This document shows, piece after piece, positions 48,349 through 57,860 of a stretch of 64,000 nt of DNA. The position numbers and the translations under genes were made by a program. The notes under the pieces are model-generated. The model was not told where the DNA came from, did no database searches, and worked only from the letters and a program-made list of their open reading frames with translations. Source of the stretch: a virus (Duplodnaviria > Caudoviricetes); IMG/VR virus record IMGVR_UViG_3300043410_001333, positions 2,170-66,169 of that record; one strand, 5' to 3'. Each line of letters begins with the position of its first letter. The stretch's first letter is position 1.

Positions 48349-50325
48349 GTGCCGAGTGTCACGCTCCTTACCGGAGATGCTTTAGACCAACTCCGCAATC
48401 TTCCTGATGAAAGTGTGCATTGTTGTGTGACTTCCCCTCCTTATTTCGGGTTGCGGTCATATTTACCCGGCGTAGTTCGGTTAAAATTGAATATACCCGA
48501 CAACGTTTCAGCGGCGGTTATTGAAAAATTAACTGCGTATGGTATAATGCCTGTTTATAGTAATACAAATGAAATAAATGGTAGTTCGTGCGTAAATCAA
48601 ACGGTCAGTTTGCCGCAGGGTATCACTGGCGGAAGCACCAAGCATTCCGCGATAGAGAATGGCTTATCTACAACTACACAGACTTGGGGCGAAGTTCGGG
48701 AGACATCGCAGCAGAATTTGGTACAACCGGAGAAGCTATTTTATTTTGGTTGCGGAAGTACGACATTCCTCGCAGATCAATTTCCGAGGCGCGAAGTACT
48801 AAAAAATGGGGACTTAGCGGACAGAACAACCCCATGTGGAACAAACGCGGAGAACTTAACCACCGATGGCTTGGTGGAGTTACCGCCGAAAGGCAAGCGT
48901 TTTACGCAAGTTACGAGTGGAAACAAGCGTGTTCGACGGTCTGGAAACGCGACGACGCCAGATGTCGTAGATGCGGGCTGCACAAAAAAGATCAGCCAGA
49001 CTTGTCTTACCACATCCACCACATTATTAGTTTCGCCAACGTTGAAACACGAGCCGATCCGTCAAACCTCGTGTTGTTGTGTGAAAAATGCCACCGCTTT
49101 GTCCACTCTCGCGCTAACACAAACCGCGAATTTATTCTTAAAACGTGATATTCCTTGTAACTTGCTGCGCTATTTTGAACCGGCGGAAATAGGTTTAGAA
49201 CCCACACCCGACGAATATATCGCGCGTCTAGTTAGTGTGTTTCGTGAAGTGCGACGTGTGTTACGCAGCGACGGGTCGTTTTGGTTGAACATAGGCGATT
49301 CGTACGCGCGTAATCCATCAAAAGGTGGTAGCGGCCCTAGTGGTAAGAACAGCGCGTTCTACGGAGATTCCTATACGGATGCTCAAACAGCCGCCGATAG
49401 ATCATTCGGAGAAGCCAAAGAAAAAGACCTGCTAATGATACCAGCCGCTGTCGCCATCGCTTTACGCGCGGACGGTTGGTATCTTCGGTCCAACATCGCG
49501 TGGACCAAGGGTTCGGTTATGCCGGAAAGTGTGAAAGACCGACCTAGCAGCGCGCACGAAAGCATATTCATGCTGACCAAGACGACGCGATATTTCTATG
49601 ACGGGTTTGCTGTTGCTGAGTCCCCCGCTGAATCTTCCCTAAAACGGATAACGCAACCCAACTTCAAAAATCAAAAAGGTGGCGAGAAGGATTACGGAAA
49701 CGGCACTAACAGCAACCGAAGCGCGCGAAAGACCCTGGAAAACTTTGCGGCTAATCCAACCAGACAACTCCGCAACCACTGGCACATCAACCCTGAACCG
49801 CTGCGAGACGCACACTTCGCCGCTTTCCCAACCCGTCTTGCTAGTCGCTGTGTCCAAGCAGCTACGTCAGAATACGGCTGCTGCGGGGTGTGCGGGGCGC
49901 CGTATAAGCGTATCATCGCCCTAGGTGAACCGGATGCAGAACATATGGCCGCGTGCGGGGCTGACAGCAGCGGTGGTTATGATGGTGTATCGCAGAAAGA
50001 CTACGCCTCCGCGCAAGCCCAGGACGCTTCCGCTACCAAAGCCCGTATTCTGGCGGGTATGCGCAAGAAGGAAACGGTCGGTTGGGAAAAGACTTGCGCT
50101 TGCGATTGCACTGACGTAGTGCCCGCTTTGGTGCTGGACCCGTTTTCAGGAGCCGGAACGACAGCGCTGTGTGCTGTCAGATTAGGACGCGATGCTATCG
50201 GTATCGACCTTAACAGCGAATACCACGAAATAGGTGTGCGGCGTATCGCCAATCCAGACGCAAAGTGTCTGGACACAAACGGCGAACGACTTCCATTCAG
50301 AGAAGGAAAGGTGTTTGTGTCTTGA
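48349..50325 (+). CDS. N6A/N4C DNA methyltransferase (beta class) with a large in-frame insertion
   Basis: VTSPPY catalytic motif; EIGLEPTP..WLNIGDSY resumes after the insert; HFAAFP; LDPFSGAGTT. Confidence 0.85.
   Translation: MPSVTLLTGDALDQLRNLPDESVHCCVTSPPYFGLRSYLPGVVRLKLNIPDNVSAAVIEKLTAYGIMPVYSNTNEINGSSCVNQTVSLPQGITGGSTKHSAIENGLSTTTQTWGEVRETSQQNLVQPEKLFYFGCGSTTFLADQFPRREVLKNGDLADRTTPCGTNAENLTTDGLVELPPKGKRFTQVTSGNKRVRRSGNATTPDVVDAGCTKKISQTCLTTSTTLLVSPTLKHEPIRQTSCCCVKNATALSTLALTQTANLFLKRDIPCNLLRYFEPAEIGLEPTPDEYIARLVSVFREVRRVLRSDGSFWLNIGDSYARNPSKGGSGPSGKNSAFYGDSYTDAQTAADRSFGEAKEKDLLMIPAAVAIALRADGWYLRSNIAWTKGSVMPESVKDRPSSAHESIFMLTKTTRYFYDGFAVAESPAESSLKRITQPNFKNQKGGEKDYGNGTNSNRSARKTLENFAANPTRQLRNHWHINPEPLRDAHFAAFPTRLASRCVQAATSEYGCCGVCGAPYKRIIALGEPDAEHMAACGADSSGGYDGVSQKDYASAQAQDASATKARILAGMRKKETVGWEKTCACDCTDVVPALVLDPFSGAGTTALCAVRLGRDAIGIDLNSEYHEIGVRRIANPDAKCLDTNGERLPFREGKVFVS
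48521..48548 (+). promoter_or_regulatory. internal sigma70 promoter for the nested HNH gene
   Basis: TTGAAA-N16-TATAAT with perfect TGn extended -10, 40 nt before GTG 48588. Confidence 0.7.
48588..49148 (+). CDS. HNH endonuclease nested in the +2 (-1) frame of the methyltransferase
   Basis: HTH-like N-terminus, G..NPMW..N.RW.GG, RDDARCRRC..HIHHI..NLVLLCEKCHRFVH. Confidence 0.88.
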   Translation: MRKSNGQFAAGYHWRKHQAFRDREWLIYNYTDLGRSSGDIAAEFGTTGEAILFWLRKYDIPRRSISEARSTKKWGLSGQNNPMWNKRGELNHRWLGGVTAERQAFYASYEWKQACSTVWKRDDARCRRCGLHKKDQPDLSYHIHHIISFANVETRADPSNLVLLCEKCHRFVHSRANTNREFILKT

Positions 50326-51191
50326 CAATACGTTCTTCCGTTATTCTGCACAGCAAAAACCATGTAGGCGTTCCGCTGATAACCATGAACGCCTATTACC
50401 CTCGCATAATCCATGCTGAGCATCTTCGTCACAGATGTTTCTCGTTTTCCGTATCTTCCAGCCGCGCCATATCGGTTCATAAACTGATATCATCTGTTGA
50501 AGACGATCCCTATGTGCCGTTCGTGTGGCTGAAGACCGCTGGCCGCGGTATGGTGGCGGGTGAGGAACTGAAAGGCGCAGGACGCGTCATCGCGTACGAT
50601 TCATATATGCGCGCCATGGAAGCCGCGCTGACCGAAGCCCGTATCCTGGCCGCGCAGGAAGTCAGCAAGCAACAAGTCAACCGCATTCTGGAACCTTACG
50701 CCCATGTCAACGTCATCGTCAGCGGCACGTCATGGGCCAATTTCTTCGCGCTACGGCGGCACCCAGCCGCTGACCCGGTGTTTCAGGAACTGGCGAACAG
50801 TATGTGGAGCGCGATCCACAGCAGCGAATCGCAGCTAGTCGCTGATGGGAATCTACACCTTCCGTGTCTTAGTGAGGATGATACGGATCTTGTGTGGGTT
50901 TTGAATAACATGCGTCGCACTGAACATAATAACGCCTTGATGATGATTTGCGCCGCTCGGTGTGCTGGCGGCAGTTACACACTGGACGGCGTACGAACAC
51001 GCGATCCAGGTAAGGACTACGCACTCGGCAAAACGCTTACGGAAGGATCGCCTATGCACGCAAGCCCGCTGGAACACGTAGCTATTGCTGATAGTTGCAT
51101 GATGTATACACATCAGCATGGTAATTATTTCGGATTTAGACAATTCCGCAAGACGTTTGCTAACGAATGTGTGGAGGACGACTATCTGTGA
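50322..51191 (+). CDS. thyX: flavin-dependent thymidylate synthase
   Basis: RHRCFSFSVSSSRAI matches RHRxxSxxxxSxR; KQQVNRILEP; NFFALR; HASPLEH. Confidence 0.82.
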   Translation: MTIRSSVILHSKNHVGVPLITMNAYYPRIIHAEHLRHRCFSFSVSSSRAISVHKLISSVEDDPYVPFVWLKTAGRGMVAGEELKGAGRVIAYDSYMRAMEAALTEARILAAQEVSKQQVNRILEPYAHVNVIVSGTSWANFFALRRHPAADPVFQELANSMWSAIHSSESQLVADGNLHLPCLSEDDTDLVWVLNNMRRTEHNNALMMICAARCAGGSYTLDGVRTRDPGKDYALGKTLTEGSPMHASPLEHVAIADSCMMYTHQHGNYFGFRQFRKTFANECVEDDYL

Positions 51192-51367
51192 ATAAGCCGG
51201 AAAAAATAACCATACCGAACGGCACTATAATAAACGTCCTTAGTGTTGACCCAGATAAACAACACTGTGAGATAGCGATAGGCGATCCGCTTAATGACGT
51301 TTTTCGGGTTAGCGTAGACGAACTTATAAAACTAAAACTTGAAATTATAAAGCGGGGGTATGAATGA
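51188..51367 (+). CDS. hypothetical protein
   Basis: GGAGG RBS; GTGA coupling. Confidence 0.55.
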   Translation: MNKPEKITIPNGTIINVLSVDPDKQHCEIAIGDPLNDVFRVSVDELIKLKLEIIKRGYE

Positions 51368-51942
51368 AAATCATCCTTCTGAACGGACCACCCCGCAGCG
51401 GCAAGTCAACCTGCGCGCAGTTGCTGCAAGCGCACTTCACCCCGCAGCGGTGTGCGATTTTGGGTTTTACGCTGCACCTTAAACGCATGGTCCATGCTAT
51501 CTACGGGCTTGCGGCTGATACCGATCCGGAAGCCTTTGACGGTATCAAAGATACGTCCAACCCTTTGTTCATGGGTTTGTCGCCGCGGCAGGCGTATATA
51601 CTTTGGACAGACACACTGAAAGAAAAACACGGCAAGGAGTTCTTTGGCCGGATGTTTCTGCGCGTCGCTGAGCAATATGGCGTCGATATCGTCGTTGTGC
51701 CGGACGCCGGATATACGGATGAACCAGCCGCTGTTGTGGAGCGCCTGGGCGAAGAAAACGTATTGCTGGCGCGTATCGACAGACACGGCACCAGCTTCAA
51801 TGGCGACACCCGCACGCGTCTGGACCTGTCTAGTATGGGTGTAGCGGCGGTAGATGTGTTTAACGTTCCCTATGACGAATACCACATGGTCCGCGGTGTG
51901 TTGACCGCGATCAGAAAGACTTTTGGAGAAGAATACAAATGA
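51364..51942 (+). CDS. deoxynucleoside monophosphate kinase
   Basis: LNGPPRSGKST P-loop; F..LK; SPRQAYI; VVPD. Confidence 0.75.
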   Translation: MKIILLNGPPRSGKSTCAQLLQAHFTPQRCAILGFTLHLKRMVHAIYGLAADTDPEAFDGIKDTSNPLFMGLSPRQAYILWTDTLKEKHGKEFFGRMFLRVAEQYGVDIVVVPDAGYTDEPAAVVERLGEENVLLARIDRHGTSFNGDTRTRLDLSSMGVAAVDVFNVPYDEYHMVRGVLTAIRKTFGEEYK

Positions 51943-52127
51943 GTGACTACGCAGCAGACGACTTTGAATTTATCCGTCGTCGCCTGAAGGAAATCGAAGA
52001 CGAGACCGGGACCGAGTGCCCGATCTGCAACGGCAGCGGCTGGGAAGTTTCCGACGATCTGTTCGGTATTCCGGCAACCGTTGAATGCAGTGTGTGCGGT
52101 AATCCGCACGGGTTTCCGCGCCCGTGA
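51939..52127 (+). CDS. small DnaJ-like Zn-finger protein
   Basis: CPICNGSG..CSVCG. Confidence 0.55.
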   Translation: MSDYAADDFEFIRRRLKEIEDETGTECPICNGSGWEVSDDLFGIPATVECSVCGNPHGFPRP

Positions 52128-53224
52128 AAGGAACATGGCATCTTGAACAAGGCGACTGCCGGGAAGTAGTGACTCGGTGGGCGTCCGAAGGTGTGTTGTT
52201 CGACGCTATCATAACGGACCCTCCGTATGATCTTGTCAGCATCGTAAAGCGTTTCGGAAAGGAAGGTTCAGCCGCTGCCAAGAGCAATGGCGCTACAGGT
52301 GTTTATGGACGCGCATCCAAGGGATTCATGGGTCAGCAATGGGATGGAACCGGAGTTGCTTTTGATCCCGAAACATGGCGTGTCATGTACGACGCTATGA
52401 AGCCGGGTGCGCATATAGCAGCGTTTGGCGGAACACGAACGTTTCACCGGATGGCGGTTGCTATTGAAGACGCCGGATTTGAAATCCGTGATACTTTGAT
52501 GTGGATATATGGAACAGGATTCCCGAAATCTCACAGTGTTAGTAAAGGTCTTTCAAAGAAAGGTGACGAAACAACCGCTGCATGGGAAGGATGGGGCACA
52601 GCGTTAAAGCCTTCTTTTGAGCCGATCATCCTCGCCCGCAAACCGCTGGATGGAACTGTTGCGGCTAATGTGCTGGCGCACAGAACGGGCGCTATAAATA
52701 TTGACGGTTGTCGGGTATCAGTGGAGTCTACAGATTCCGACCAAGACGGACGTTGGCCCGCCAACCTACTGCACGACGGTTCGCCAGAGGTTATCGCAGC
52801 GTTCGGAAATTACGGAACCACAACCTCAAACGCCGGAACACGCCATAACAACGAACGCCCTGGTTCACGCGCGAAAGGTGCCGACAAACCACACGAAACG
52901 TCCGGTTTTTCAGACAGCGGCACGGCAGCCCGCTACTTCTCCGCGCTCGGTTTCACGGACGACGACACACGCTTCCACTACAGCGCCAAAGCATCCAAAG
53001 CCGACCGCGCCGGATCTGGTCATCCTACCGTCAAGCCGCTGTCCCTGATGCGGTGGTTGACGCGTCTTATCTGCCCGCCCGGCGGTTTAATTCTGGAACC
53101 GTTCGCGGGGTCAGGCACCACGCTCCAAGCCGCTGTGGAGCAAGGGTTTGACGTTATGGGTGTTGAAATGGGTGAACCGTATTGTGCCGATATTCGGCAA
53201 CGAATGGAGAACATGAAGTCATGA
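52124..53224 (+). CDS. second N6A/N4C DNA methyltransferase (beta class)
   Basis: ITDPPY, GFPKS, GRWPAN, HPTVKP, LEPFAGSGTT. Confidence 0.9.
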   Translation: MKGTWHLEQGDCREVVTRWASEGVLFDAIITDPPYDLVSIVKRFGKEGSAAAKSNGATGVYGRASKGFMGQQWDGTGVAFDPETWRVMYDAMKPGAHIAAFGGTRTFHRMAVAIEDAGFEIRDTLMWIYGTGFPKSHSVSKGLSKKGDETTAAWEGWGTALKPSFEPIILARKPLDGTVAANVLAHRTGAINIDGCRVSVESTDSDQDGRWPANLLHDGSPEVIAAFGNYGTTTSNAGTRHNNERPGSRAKGADKPHETSGFSDSGTAARYFSALGFTDDDTRFHYSAKASKADRAGSGHPTVKPLSLMRWLTRLICPPGGLILEPFAGSGTTLQAAVEQGFDVMGVEMGEPYCADIRQRMENMKS

Positions 53225-53799
53225 TAATTCGCTGGGCACAAAATCCGTTGGTTACGGTTGTTGAACTGGATGATAAAGATATTCAAATTCTTGAACTACA
53301 TACACAAATAGAATGTCTAAAAGATAGACTTTACGGGGCGTACGTAAAGTTACACGACAAACGAGATATCGACGCTGCTATTGAACGTTTAAACCTTCCA
53401 CTAATCGAAGGTGACGATCGTATTGAACGCCGGGTAAAAGAAATTGCGTCATCCTACATTGAAGCGCTTACGAAGGAATCTCACGAAGGCGATTGCACCT
53501 GTGTTCCTTGCACATGTTCTAAATGTCTAGCTGAAGAATATCTCGGCATAGATACGATAAAAGGACTAGGCAAACACGAAGCGTATAAAATTAACGCCGC
53601 TTTTGCTGCAACGAACGGTTCAATCGTAGCGGCAATGCAGCATTTGGACAACTACAACCCAACACCAAACGGTAATTGGAAGCGTAACTTAGATGCGTGG
53701 AACGAGTGTTTACCTAGATGGAAGACAGAAGCGGCAAACGCCGCTGTGTGGCTACGCAACTACCAGAACGAACATTTTCCGGAGACTGTAGATGCTTGA
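53221..53799 (+). CDS. hypothetical protein with Cys cluster
   Basis: HEGDCTCVPCTCSKC. Confidence 0.6.
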   Translation: MIIRWAQNPLVTVVELDDKDIQILELHTQIECLKDRLYGAYVKLHDKRDIDAAIERLNLPLIEGDDRIERRVKEIASSYIEALTKESHEGDCTCVPCTCSKCLAEEYLGIDTIKGLGKHEAYKINAAFAATNGSIVAAMQHLDNYNPTPNGNWKRNLDAWNECLPRWKTEAANAAVWLRNYQNEHFPETVDA

Positions 53800-54307
53800 C
53801 AAAGCGGTAATCGACGCGTTCGTTTTTCCTATCATGCCTCACGCTATGGCGGCTTTTGTTAAAGGCAGTCTGGAAATCGAAGGTATCTATCGTGACCCAA
53901 CACACGAAGAACTGCAAGCCACTACCAAATTCCTTAGCCACGCGTTAGCGATCAATTCAGTTTGTAAACTGCAGCAAGCGTACGCTCCGGGATGTCCGAT
54001 GCGGTCGCGCGAAGGCATGAACGTGCGCGTCGGCCAGCAGATCGCACCAAAGGGTGGCAAAGACATCCGCAAAATGACAGCCGTTGTGCTGGAAATAACG
54101 GACCCGTGGCGTTGTCATGTCGAGTTTGAACATCTGCATCCGTTTATGGACGGCAACGGTCGCACAGGGCGTGCAGTATGGGCGTGGAAGATGTTTGCGA
54201 ACAACAGAGACCCCTTCAACCTGCCCTTCCTGCATCGGTTCTATTACCAGACCCTACACGCCTACGAGACATCGGGGATATTTTCGGATGTACCCACGCA
54301 ATCCTAA
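53792..54307 (+). CDS. Fic-domain protein
   Basis: Intact HPFMDGNGRTGR motif. Confidence 0.88.
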   Translation: MLDKAVIDAFVFPIMPHAMAAFVKGSLEIEGIYRDPTHEELQATTKFLSHALAINSVCKLQQAYAPGCPMRSREGMNVRVGQQIAPKGGKDIRKMTAVVLEITDPWRCHVEFEHLHPFMDGNGRTGRAVWAWKMFANNRDPFNLPFLHRFYYQTLHAYETSGIFSDVPTQS

Positions 54308-54572
54308 CGGCAGACCGCCTGTTGACGACATCATAGACAAATGCTGGGTGGAAGAAGACTACACGGCTTGGTATCAGATCCACGGCGGCAAAAAGAAAGG
54401 ACCGTGGCGCGATATCGTCCAGGCATATGTCGAAATGGAAAAAGCACAGAAGAAACGCGACGCCAAGATGTCGATAGAAGAACAACTAGCGGCATTGGAC
54501 AGAACACTAAAGAGACGCAGAGCAAGACATTACAAACGCAGGACAGACGAAAGAAAAAACTCAAGTGAATAA
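54288..54572 (+). CDS. hypothetical basic protein
   Basis: ORF filling the gap and overlapping both neighbours. Confidence 0.45.
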   Translation: MYPRNPNGRPPVDDIIDKCWVEEDYTAWYQIHGGKKKGPWRDIVQAYVEMEKAQKKRDAKMSIEEQLAALDRTLKRRRARHYKRRTDERKNSSE

Positions 54573-55176
54573 CAATATACTCGTATTCGACGTAGAGACA
54601 ACGGGATTGCCGCTGAAAGGCACGCCCTCGGACGACCCACGCCAGCCACATATCGTGCAGATAGCCGCTACCGTCATCAATCGTGATACACGCGAAGCGG
54701 TCGATTCCATCAACGCCATCGTCAAACCCAGCGGCTGGTTTGTGCCTCCGGAGACGACAGCCTTGCACGGTATCAGCCACGCTCTGGCCGTGGCACGGGG
54801 CGTACCAGAACAAGATGTAGTGCAAAAATTCGTGTCAATGCACAATAACTCTGTCCTGACTGTCGCGCACAACATCCAGTTTGACCTTCAAATCCTGCGC
54901 ACGGCTATGCTACGATATGGCATGTCGCGCTCGGATGTTGACGACATTTGTCTGAAACCTACGGCGTGTACCATGCAGATGTCTTCTCCCATTTTGAATT
55001 TGCCGCCGACCGAACGCATGAAAGCGGTCGGTATACACAGTCCGAAGTCCCCCAAGTTGGAAGAATGTGTGCGGCACTTCTTTGGTGAAGAACTGCAAGG
55101 CGCTCACGACGCGTTCCACGATGTAAACGCTTGTGCGCGTGTGTATTTCCATTTGATTGAAAACTACAAGTTCTAA
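54565..55176 (+). CDS. DEDDh 3'-5' exonuclease (DnaQ-like)
   Basis: FDVETTG, AHNIQFD, AHDAFHD. Confidence 0.88.
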   Translation: MNNNILVFDVETTGLPLKGTPSDDPRQPHIVQIAATVINRDTREAVDSINAIVKPSGWFVPPETTALHGISHALAVARGVPEQDVVQKFVSMHNNSVLTVAHNIQFDLQILRTAMLRYGMSRSDVDDICLKPTACTMQMSSPILNLPPTERMKAVGIHSPKSPKLEECVRHFFGEELQGAHDAFHDVNACARVYFHLIENYKF

Positions 55177-55187
55177 AGGGAAACAGA

Positions 55188-57860
55188 ATGGACGTTAACG
55201 TACCCGTGAACCTGCCTGCTTATGTGGTGCCTGATGGCATGGCGCGAAGCGTTTTTGAAAACAAGTACAGCCGTCGCAAGGCTGACGGCACGATGCAGTC
55301 GTATGAAGAACGAATGCGTGAAGTCGTGCTGGGGAATTTTATGTTGGACCCTGCGTGGCTTCCTGAAATGGAGACAAACAGCGCAGCACACGCGGACTGG
55401 TCCGAAAAACAGGTAGCGCTGTTTAACGATTTCCAGAATACGACTGCTTTGGCGGTGGCGGGTATTATGCCTACCGCGGGGCGGCATATCCAGCATGGCG
55501 ATACCGACCAGCCCGGCAAGATCATGGAGTTGCACACTAACTGCAGCACAGCGGCATTCAGTTTCATGCTTATGCGACTGCTGCTGCGGGGATCTGGTGT
55601 GGGTCGCGACTACAGCGCAGAGACATGCCGTGTAAACTGGGACAATATGCCAGACGTGCGGCTGGTGCTGGATGAAAGCCATCCAGATTTTCATAAGACA
55701 GGCATGTACGGCTGGGTAGAGTCGTTGCGGGACGCGCGACATAAGTATGATTCTTCGTCAGAAAACACACGCTGGTTTGTCGTTGAAGATTCTCGCGAAG
55801 GCTGGTCGAAGGTCGTTGAAATCCTTGAAACAGCCGCTTGGCAAGAGAAGCACAAGAACAAGTTGTTTGTGTTTGACTTCTCCCAGGTGCGGCCGGAAGG
55901 CGCTCCTATCATGGGCCTGCAAGGGCGCCCTGCGTCGGGACCGCTGGCGTTCATGAAGGCGGTCAATCAAGTAGCGTCTGTCAAGGGCGTCGGCATGAAG
56001 CCGTGGAAGCAGGCGTTGTTCATCGATCACTATATTGCAAGCGCGATTGCGTGGGGCGGCGCACGTCGCGCTGCCAGAATGGCTACGAAGAACTGGCGTG
56101 ACCGAGACGTTATCGAGTTCATTGACATCAAGCGCGGCGGTTTTCTATGGTCCGCCAACAATTCTATCCTTGCTGACAAAGAGTTTTGGGAAGCAGCACG
56201 TGAGCCGCGTCCGTCACACGGACGCCGTGTATTTGAGGCTATCGTAGGTGCGGCTTATTGGGACGCCTCTGGCGAACCCGGTATCATCAACGTAGACATG
56301 TTGAACCTGAACACGAACGGCATGGATAAGATAACCGGCGCAACTCTTATCAATGAAAACGTATATACAGACTTACACCACAAGACAAAGGAAATGATCG
56401 ATAACGTATTAGCGCATGTGAAGCAGGTTAGTTATCCGTTTATCACTAATCCTTGCTTTGCGGCTGATACTCTTATTGTGACCGACAAGGGTGCGTTTCC
56501 TATCAAGGACTTGGTAGGAAAAGAAGTTAACGTATGGGACGGCACTAACTGGCGCACGGTGAATAATTTCCGTGTTACGGGGACCGATCAGCCGATGTTG
56601 AAGATCACGTTGACTAGCGGTGATGTTTTGCGCGTTACACCCGCCCATACTATGTACCTCGCGGATAATACTAAACTAACCGCCGCTGATTTGGTTCCTG
56701 GTTCTGTGCTGCTTACGGCGCCTCATATTGCTGAGACACCGTTTACAGTCGCGTCTGTAGATACAGACGGAATAGACGCGGAAGTATACTGTTGCACTGT
56801 GTACGGAACACACAAAATAACAACTGCTATAGGAATTACAACCGGACAGTGCGGCGAAATAGTTTTGAGCAACTACGGAGGATACTGCGTTATCGGTGAT
56901 GTCAATCTTGCACGTGTTACACACATGAAGCAAGCACTTGACGCAGTTAGCCTGATGTCCAAGTTCCTTGTGCGTGTCAATCGTATGCGTTGTGAATACG
57001 CCGCTGAGGTAGAACGGACCAACCGTATCGGAGTAAGCTTGACAGGCATCCACGAGTTCGCCTGGAACCTTTACGGTCTTACGTTTTGGGACCTTATCGG
57101 ATATTACGACGTTATGGGAACCCCGGCCGCTGTGCAGCACAAGGCACATCTGTTCTGGTGGGGTCTTCATCACATGCAGCGGGAAGCGGAGAACAGCGCC
57201 ACCGTCACCGCTGACAGGTTTGGGATGGTATCGCCGCACACGGTCACGACTATCAAGCCGAGCGGCACTGTATCAAAGGTCATGAACGTAACGGAAGGTG
57301 CCCATCTTCCGGCACTGAAGCACTATCTGCGGTGGGTCCAGTTCAAGATCGGAGACGCTGACATTGATACCTTGACCGCTCGGGGCTACCCGTTCAAGGA
57401 CATATCGCATCGCTACAGTGGACATGTCGCTATTGGATTTCCCACCAAGCAGCCTATCGTTGATTTGATGGGCGATAAGGTAGTTACGGCCGACGAAACA
57501 ACGCCTGAACAGAACTTCAAGTGGCTGCGGTTGCTGGAACATTTCTGGCTGGGCGAAAACGGTCGGAACAACCAAGTCAGCTACACATTGAAGTACGATT
57601 CCAAAACCACGTCATATCAAGATTTCATGGACATGATCCTTGAATGGCAGCCCCAGGTCCGCTGCTGTTCGGTCATGCCACAGTCCGACTGGCGTGAGTC
57701 TGAACGTATCTACGGCTACGTTCCCGAACAGCCGATCACCAAGGATGAATATGAAGCCTACATGGCGGTCATTAATCCGGTTGCCAAGGAAGCCTACGAC
57801 GACGAACAACTGATGTGCGAGGGCGGCGTGTGCCCGATTGAGATGGATATCAACCGATGA
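55188..57860 (+). CDS. nrdJ: class II (B12-dependent) ribonucleotide reductase precursor with mini-intein
   Basis: TNC, GSGVG, GEPG, NPC/GEI split by the intein, TIKPSGTVS, C-terminal CEGGVC; no small-subunit gene nearby. Confidence 0.88.
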   Translation: MDVNVPVNLPAYVVPDGMARSVFENKYSRRKADGTMQSYEERMREVVLGNFMLDPAWLPEMETNSAAHADWSEKQVALFNDFQNTTALAVAGIMPTAGRHIQHGDTDQPGKIMELHTNCSTAAFSFMLMRLLLRGSGVGRDYSAETCRVNWDNMPDVRLVLDESHPDFHKTGMYGWVESLRDARHKYDSSSENTRWFVVEDSREGWSKVVEILETAAWQEKHKNKLFVFDFSQVRPEGAPIMGLQGRPASGPLAFMKAVNQVASVKGVGMKPWKQALFIDHYIASAIAWGGARRAARMATKNWRDRDVIEFIDIKRGGFLWSANNSILADKEFWEAAREPRPSHGRRVFEAIVGAAYWDASGEPGIINVDMLNLNTNGMDKITGATLINENVYTDLHHKTKEMIDNVLAHVKQVSYPFITNPCFAADTLIVTDKGAFPIKDLVGKEVNVWDGTNWRTVNNFRVTGTDQPMLKITLTSGDVLRVTPAHTMYLADNTKLTAADLVPGSVLLTAPHIAETPFTVASVDTDGIDAEVYCCTVYGTHKITTAIGITTGQCGEIVLSNYGGYCVIGDVNLARVTHMKQALDAVSLMSKFLVRVNRMRCEYAAEVERTNRIGVSLTGIHEFAWNLYGLTFWDLIGYYDVMGTPAAVQHKAHLFWWGLHHMQREAENSATVTADRFGMVSPHTVTTIKPSGTVSKVMNVTEGAHLPALKHYLRWVQFKIGDADIDTLTARGYPFKDISHRYSGHVAIGFPTKQPIVDLMGDKVVTADETTPEQNFKWLRLLEHFWLGENGRNNQVSYTLKYDSKTTSYQDFMDMILEWQPQVRCCSVMPQSDWRESERIYGYVPEQPITKDEYEAYMAVINPVAKEAYDDEQLMCEGGVCPIEMDINR
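56454..56849 (+). mobile_element. mini-intein (132 aa) with C-terminal Gln
   Basis: CFAADTLIVT (A), VTPAH (B), VYCCTV..H (F), ITTGQ then +1 Cys of CGEI. Confidence 0.9.

Noticed and set aside
48470-49185. Methyltransferase insertion as a conventional intein
   Set aside because: No block A Cys/Ser context, no TxxH, and no terminal HN/HQ followed by C/S/T at plausible boundaries.
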